A DNA stretch of 64,000 nt from Clostridia bacterium. Its GTDB lineage: Bacteria; Bacillota; Clostridia; TANB77; CAG-508. The DNA lies in NCBI GenBank assembly GCA_017517685.1, contig JAFWYK010000010.1:66499-130498 (forward strand). Reading direction: 5' to 3'. Every line of letters begins with the position of its first letter. Positions within the stretch are counted from its first letter, which is position 1. Under the pieces are notes generated by a model. That model made no database searches. It was given only the letters and a program-made list of their open reading frames with translations, and had not been told where the DNA came from. Shown here piece after piece: positions 58,796-64,000 of the stretch. The position numbers and the translations under genes were made by a program.

Positions 58796-59392
58796 ATGTC
58801 AGATACAATGTTACAAATTGCAGCAACAACTGCTGAAAGAGAACCATTATTTTCAATTAATCCACTTGCGGTAGTAGGATTTATTGCAATTGTTGCAATA
58901 TTGTTTATAATTGCTGAATATAATAGATTTGTGCAATTAAGACATAAAATTAAACAAGCGAAATCTGGTATTGATGTTTATTTAACACAAAGATTTGACT
59001 TAATACCTAATCTTGTAGAATGTGTAAAAGGATATGCGGCACACGAAGAAAGAGTATTTACAGAAATGGCAAGACTTCGTGGTGAATATGATATGAATAA
59101 GAATTTAAAAGCAGGATCTGAATTATACAATAAATGTAATGAAGTTCTTGCTATCGGAGAATCAAATCCATATCTTCAAGCTAGTGAACAATTTTTAAAT
59201 CTTCAAAAGAATTTAACAAAAATGGAAAGTCAACTACAAGCTGCTAGAAGAATTTATAATGGAGATGTTACACTTTATAATACAACAATATCAACATTTC
59301 CAAATTCATTCTTTGCATCATTATTTGGATTTCATGAAGAAGAATTATTTGTTATTGAAGAATATAAGAAAGAAAATGTTAAAATTAACTAA
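58796..59392 (+). CDS. lemA: LemA family protein
   Basis: N-terminal TM, then YNRFVQL...YL.QRFDLIPNLVE...ARRIYNGDV..YNT.I..FP pattern typical of LemA. Confidence 0.8.
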   Translation: MSDTMLQIAATTAEREPLFSINPLAVVGFIAIVAILFIIAEYNRFVQLRHKIKQAKSGIDVYLTQRFDLIPNLVECVKGYAAHEERVFTEMARLRGEYDMNKNLKAGSELYNKCNEVLAIGESNPYLQASEQFLNLQKNLTKMESQLQAARRIYNGDVTLYNTTISTFPNSFFASLFGFHEEELFVIEEYKKENVKIN

Positions 59393-59426
59393 CTAAAATT
59401 AAAGCATAACGAAGTGGGTGTTGTTT

Positions 59427-60338
59427 ATGAATATGGATCAAGAATTTGAAAGTATATATCAAAAAATATATGATTCTAGCTATTCAAGATTAGCAGAAGT
59501 AAAAGATAAGAATAGAAAGTTTTTACTAATATTTGGACTTGCATTATTAGTAATTAATCTTTTTATTTATATAATACCAGCAACTAAGCTATTTTCAGTA
59601 TTATTTATTTGTATGTCTGTATGTTTGCTAATATTTTTTATAATATTAGGAAATCAAGCATATACTAGTGCATATAAAAAATGTGTAATAGAAGGGTTAG
59701 TAAAGTCATATAATCCGTCTATACATTTTGATCCTGCGATTGGTATATCTGAAATGGAATATAGAGCATCAGGATTTGATAATGATTTTAATGAATATAA
59801 TTCTGAAGATAGAATTTATGGTAGATTTGATAATGGAGATTCATTCCAACTTGCAGAAGTTACTACTTATAGAATTACAAGAAGAGTAAATGATGAAGGC
59901 GTTGAAATGGAAGATAGAGTAGAGACATACAGAGGAATGTATGGAGTAGTTTATCTAAATAAGAGTTCAATGTTTAAAGCTGGAATTTATGGAGATTCTA
60001 TTATGAGAAGATATAGACAAGATAGAATAGAAATGGATTCTTCAGAATTTGAAAAATATTATGATTTAGTAACTGATGATAAAATTAGAGCAATGAGAAT
60101 ATTTACAGCTGACTTGATGGAAAAATATTTAGATATCAGAAGAAATCATAAACATGGTGTTGAACTTATAATTGACTGGGATAAAGTTTACTTTAGATTT
60201 AGATGTGGAGAAATTTTTGAACCACCTAAGTTTATGAAGGCCTTAACAAGAGAAGTATTAAGAGGTTTCTATAATCAAATTTATTATCCACTTGAATTGT
60301 TAGATAAAACAGTTGAATCAATTAATGAAATACACTAA
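59427..60338 (+). CDS. membrane protein, DUF3137-like (usual LemA partner)
   Basis: About 300 aa. Two TM helices after a short N-terminus, then a soluble domain. Position directly after lemA. The family call is from memory. Confidence 0.45.
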   Translation: MNMDQEFESIYQKIYDSSYSRLAEVKDKNRKFLLIFGLALLVINLFIYIIPATKLFSVLFICMSVCLLIFFIILGNQAYTSAYKKCVIEGLVKSYNPSIHFDPAIGISEMEYRASGFDNDFNEYNSEDRIYGRFDNGDSFQLAEVTTYRITRRVNDEGVEMEDRVETYRGMYGVVYLNKSSMFKAGIYGDSIMRRYRQDRIEMDSSEFEKYYDLVTDDKIRAMRIFTADLMEKYLDIRRNHKHGVELIIDWDKVYFRFRCGEIFEPPKFMKALTREVLRGFYNQIYYPLELLDKTVESINEIH

Positions 60339-60347
60339 AATAGATAA

Positions 60348-60381
60348 AAAGCTTTCTGCATAAAAGTAGAGAGCTTTTTTT
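60348..60381 (+). terminator. Rho-independent terminator
   Basis: aaagctttct-loop-agagagcttt hairpin followed by T7. Confidence 0.75.
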
Positions 60382-60444
60382 GTTTTGAAAAAAGTTCTTG
60401 ATTTTTAAACTAAATTATGTTAATATAGTTACATATTTAAATAC

Positions 60445-60690
60445 GAAGAAAAAGAGGAGTAAGTAAAAAACTACTAGCAAGAGAAAAGAAGTGATGCGCT
60501 GAGAGCTTCTTATAGAAAGATTTACTGAAAGTAGCTTTGGAGTAGATATACCGAAAATAACTTTAAGTATATCCGTCTAAGTAACGTTAAAAACTTAAAT
60601 GAGATGATTGCTAATAAGCAATTAATTAAGGTGGTACCGTGATTTTGATAAATCGCCCTTATACATTTTAGTGTATAAGGGCTTTTTTGT
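60445..60690 (+). promoter_or_regulatory. T-box riboswitch leader, valine specifier
   Basis: Conserved T-box AATTAAGGTGGTACCGTG (60624-60641). Terminator gcccttatac...gtataagggc followed by T6 (60655-60686). GTA codon in the GAAAGTAGC specifier context (60531-60533). Upstream of valS. Confidence 0.85.
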
Positions 60691-60756
60691 TTTTATATGC
60701 AAAAAAGTCCTTTGGCTAAAAATCTTAAATTTTAAAATTTAAAGGGAGGAAATTTT

Positions 60757-63435
60757 ATGAACGAAAAACACAAATTAAACGATAAGTTTGATCCAAAAGA
60801 ATTTGAAGACAGATTGTACAGAGATTGGGAAACAAAAGGTTATTTTAGACCATCAGATGATAAAACAAAAGAACCTTACTGTATAATGATGCCACCACCA
60901 AATGTAACTGGTAAATTACATATGGGGCATGCACTTGATGATACAATTCAAGATATCCTAATCCGTTATAAAAGAATGAGAGGATATAGAACATTATGGC
61001 TTCCAGGAACAGACCATGCAGCTATATCTACAGAAATGAAAGTCGTTCAAAAATTAAAAGCTGAAGGTAAATCAAAAGAAGATTTAGGAAGAGATGGATT
61101 CTTAGAAGAAGCTTGGGCATGGACAAAAGAATATGGTGGAATTATTCAAAAACAACAAAGAAAATTAGGATGTTCTTGTGATTGGGAAAGAAATAGATTT
61201 ACTCTTGATGAAGGAATGTCTGATGCAGTTTTAGAACAATTCATTAAACTTTATGAAAAAGGATTAATTTATAAAGGAAAAAGAATGGTTAACTGGTGTA
61301 CAAGTTGTAATACATCAATTTCTGATGCTGAAGTAGAATATAAATAAGAACCATCACATTTATGGCATATTAGATATAAAATTACAGGTAGCGATGATAA
61401 ATATATCGAAGTTGCAACAACAAGACCAGAAACAATGCTTGGAGATACAGCTGTTGCTGTTCATCCAGATGATGAAAGATATAAAGATTTAGTTGGAAAA
61501 ACATGTATACTTCCAATTATGAATAAAGAGATTCCAATTATAGCAGATGATTTTGTTGAAATGGAATTTGGAACAGGTTGTGTTAAAATAACACCAGCTC
61601 ATGATATGAATGACTATCAAGCTGGTTTAAGACATAATTTAGAATTTATTGAAGTATTTGATAAAGAATTTAAAATGGGAGATTTAGTTCCTGAATATAA
61701 AGGAATGGATCTTAAAGAAGCAAGAATTAAAATTGTTGAAAAATTAGAAGAATTAGGTGCATTAGTAAATACTGAAGACTATACACATAATGTTGCAAAA
61801 TGTGAAAGATGTAAAAATACTATCGAACCAAAAGTTTCTGAGCAATGGTTTGTAAGTATGAAAGACTTAGCAAAAAGAGCTGCAGATAGTGTAAGAAATG
61901 GTGAAACAAGATTTGTACCACAAAGATATGAAAAACAATATTTCCATTGGCTTGATAATATACAAGATTGGTGTATATCAAGACAACTTTGGTGGGGACA
62001 TAGAATACCTGCATATTATTGTAAAGATTGTGGAGAAATTCATGTTGCAAAAGCAGCACCTGAAAAATGTACAAAATGTGGAAGTACTAATTTAGTTCAA
62101 GATCCAGATACATTAGATACATGGTTTAGTTCTGCATTATGGCCATTTAGTACTTTAGGTTGGCCAAATATGACAGAAGATTATAAGGATTTCTACCCAA
62201 CACAAACATTAGTAACTGGATTTGATATTATAACATTCTGGATTTCAAGAATGATGACACAAGGATTAGAATTTACAGGAGAAGTTCCATTTAAAGATGT
62301 TCTTGTTCATGGTATCGTAAGAGATAGCCAAGGAAGAAAAATGTCAAAAACACTTGGAAATGGTATTGATCCATTAGATGTAATCGAAAAAAACGGAACT
62401 GATAGCTTAAGATTTTCACTTCTTTCTGGAACAACTATGGGTAATGATATTAGATTTATGCCAGAAAAATTAGATCAAGCTTCTAACTTTGCAAATAAAA
62501 TTTGGAATGCAGCAAAATTCATTACAATGAACTTAGCTGATGATGAAAAAGTAAGAGAATTCTGCTATGAAGTTTATGAAAAGAATAATGCATATAATCC
62601 AGATTTATTAAAAATTGAGGATAAATGGATATTAAATAAATTCGATAAATTAGTTCAAGATGTATCTAAAAACTTAGATAATTATGACTTAGGTATAGCT
62701 TTAGATAAAATTTATGGATTTATGTGGAATGAATTCTGTGACTGGTATATAGAAATGGTTAAACCAAGAATATATTCTGAAAGTGAAGAAGAAAGAGTGG
62801 CAGTAAGTGACATATTAAATCATGTATTTGGTTCATCACTTAAGCTTTTACATCCATTTATGCCATTTGTTACATCTGAAATTTATTCAAAATTAATATG
62901 CTTTGGAACAGAAGATTTAATGGTTTCTAAATGGCCAAAAATTAGAGATGAATTTGTTTTTGATAAAGAAGAAGCAATTATTGAAAAAATGAAAAAATTA
63001 ATTGTTGAAATTAGAAATATTAGAACAAAAATGAATGTTCATCCAACAAAAAAATCTAAATTATTAATTATTTCAAATTCAATCGAAAAAGAAATAAAAG
63101 AAGCAGAAGAATTCTTATTAAAACTTGGATTTGCAAATGAGATAGTAATAGTAAAAGATGAAAAAGAAGTTCCACAAAATGCTGTATCAATTGTAGTAGA
63201 TGAATTGAAAGTATTTATTCCATTTGAAGAATTAGTAGATATCGAAGAAGAAAGAAAAAGATTAGAAGGAGAAAAAGCAAAACTTGAAGCAGAAGTGCTA
63301 AGAGGTGAAAAAATGCTTTCAAATCCAGGATTTGTTAACAAAGCTCCAGAAGCAAAAGTTAATGAAGAAAAAGCTAAACTTGAAAATTATAAACAAATGC
63401 TTCAAAATGTGGAAGAAAGATTAAAATCATTATAA
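60757..63435 (+). pseudogene. valS: valine--tRNA ligase, reading frame interrupted by an in-frame TAA at 61345-61347
   Basis: [15 protein letters not shown] (HIGH) and KMSKTLGN (KMSKS) motifs. The two ORF-track pieces (60757-61347 and 61435-63435) are in the same frame. The codons between them encode conserved ValRS sequence (EPSHLWHIRYKI...ATTRPETMLGDTAVAVHP). Confidence 0.85.
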
Positions 63436-63443
63436 AAACTAAG

Positions 63444-63475
63444 GAAAGCCTTTAAAAATGAGGGCTTTCTTTTTG
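63444..63475 (+). terminator. Rho-independent terminator
   Basis: gaaagcc-loop-ggctttc hairpin followed by a T-run. Confidence 0.7.
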
Positions 63476-63603
63476 TTATTTTATAGAGATATTTTGATAT
63501 ATAAAATTGTAATTTTTTTGTAAAAAAGTTGTAAAATTTTTAAATTTATATGATATAATAACTTCGTGATAAATGGACAAAATAAAAAGATTAGGAGGAA
63601 CAA

Positions 63604-64000
63604 ATGGAAGATTTAGTTGAAAGCATATTAGATTATGTTCGTGCAGACTATACTGATTATGCGATAATGATTAATGGTGAATGGGGTAGTGGTAAAACTT
63701 ATTTCTGGAATAATAAAATTAGAAATAAAATTGATTCACTAACATTTAACGGTAAAAAATATACAACTATTTATATGTCTTTATATGGTATTTCTAATCT
63801 AGAGGATATAAGTAAGAAGATTTATATTGAAACTACACAACTTATGGATAAAAACATGAAAAAATACATGGCAACACATGAGAAAACTGTAGTTCCAGAA
63901 TATGCAAAAACAGGATTAGATATGGCTCATTCATTTGGCCTAATGCATAATAATGATAAAATTGATTATGATAAATTCTTTTCAACTGATGATAAAGTAC
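63604..64000 (+). CDS. KAP-family P-loop NTPase (5' part only; runs off the window)
   Basis: My own translation from ATG 63604 (SD aggagga) gives MEDLVESILDYVRADYTDYAIMINGEWGSGKTYFWNNKI..., open to the window end. The GEWGSGKT Walker A in this N-terminal context is typical of KAP NTPases. Absent from the ORF track because it has no stop in the window. Confidence 0.6.
   Translation, partial: MEDLVESILDYVRADYTDYAIMINGEWGSGKTYFWNNKIRNKIDSLTFNGKKYTTIYMSLYGISNLEDISKKIYIETTQLMDKNMKKYMATHEKTVVPEYAKTGLDMAHSFGLMHNNDKIDYDKFFSTDDKV

Overview
64-kb chromosomal window from a very AT-rich, endospore-forming Firmicute (Clostridia-like gene content and order; no species call possible). The backbone is housekeeping: ireB-ruvX-DUF1292, rbgA, mrnC, a lone tRNA-Glu(CUC), comEB, rdgB, recN, sigK, prmC-whiA-hemW, the CIRCE-controlled hrcA-grpE-dnaK-dnaJ operon, recD2, spoIIAA-spoIIAB-sigF followed by spoIID and a SpoIIQ-like M23 protein, cdaA, an ECF-type sigma/anti-sigma pair, truA, dnaE, a mosaic pyrC-pyrF-...-pyrK-...-pyrD operon, lemA, and T-box-controlled valS. 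A probable 6S RNA lies at about 18.55-18.76 kb. I saw no CRISPR array, transposase, integrase or prophage. What stands out: (i) three clear single-gene compositional islands, plus one weaker case. They reach 48-53% GC on hand-counted 60-nt lines versus about 17-25% in flanks, share a foreign codon signature, and at least three of the four sit behind a recognisable host-type promoter. The one at 51.05-51.74 kb is a complete module (promoter, ~155-nt structured leader, orphan acidic ORF, GC hairpin, terminator) whose 5' and 3' UTRs carry a perfect 13-bp inverted repeat. (ii) An in-frame TAA inside essential valS, a frameshift in sigF, and a probable homopolymer frameshift at 1.85 kb. (iii) A two-gene LRR / LRR-transglutaminase-coiled-coil locus (27.9-32.0 kb) and a 1038-aa acidic orphan (5.9-9.0 kb), neither matching a family I recognise. 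(iv) pyrK and pyrD split by a 565-aa polytopic membrane protein. (v) A KAP-type P-loop NTPase gene running off the right edge. All functional calls rest on motif recognition by eye, and none was checked against a database.
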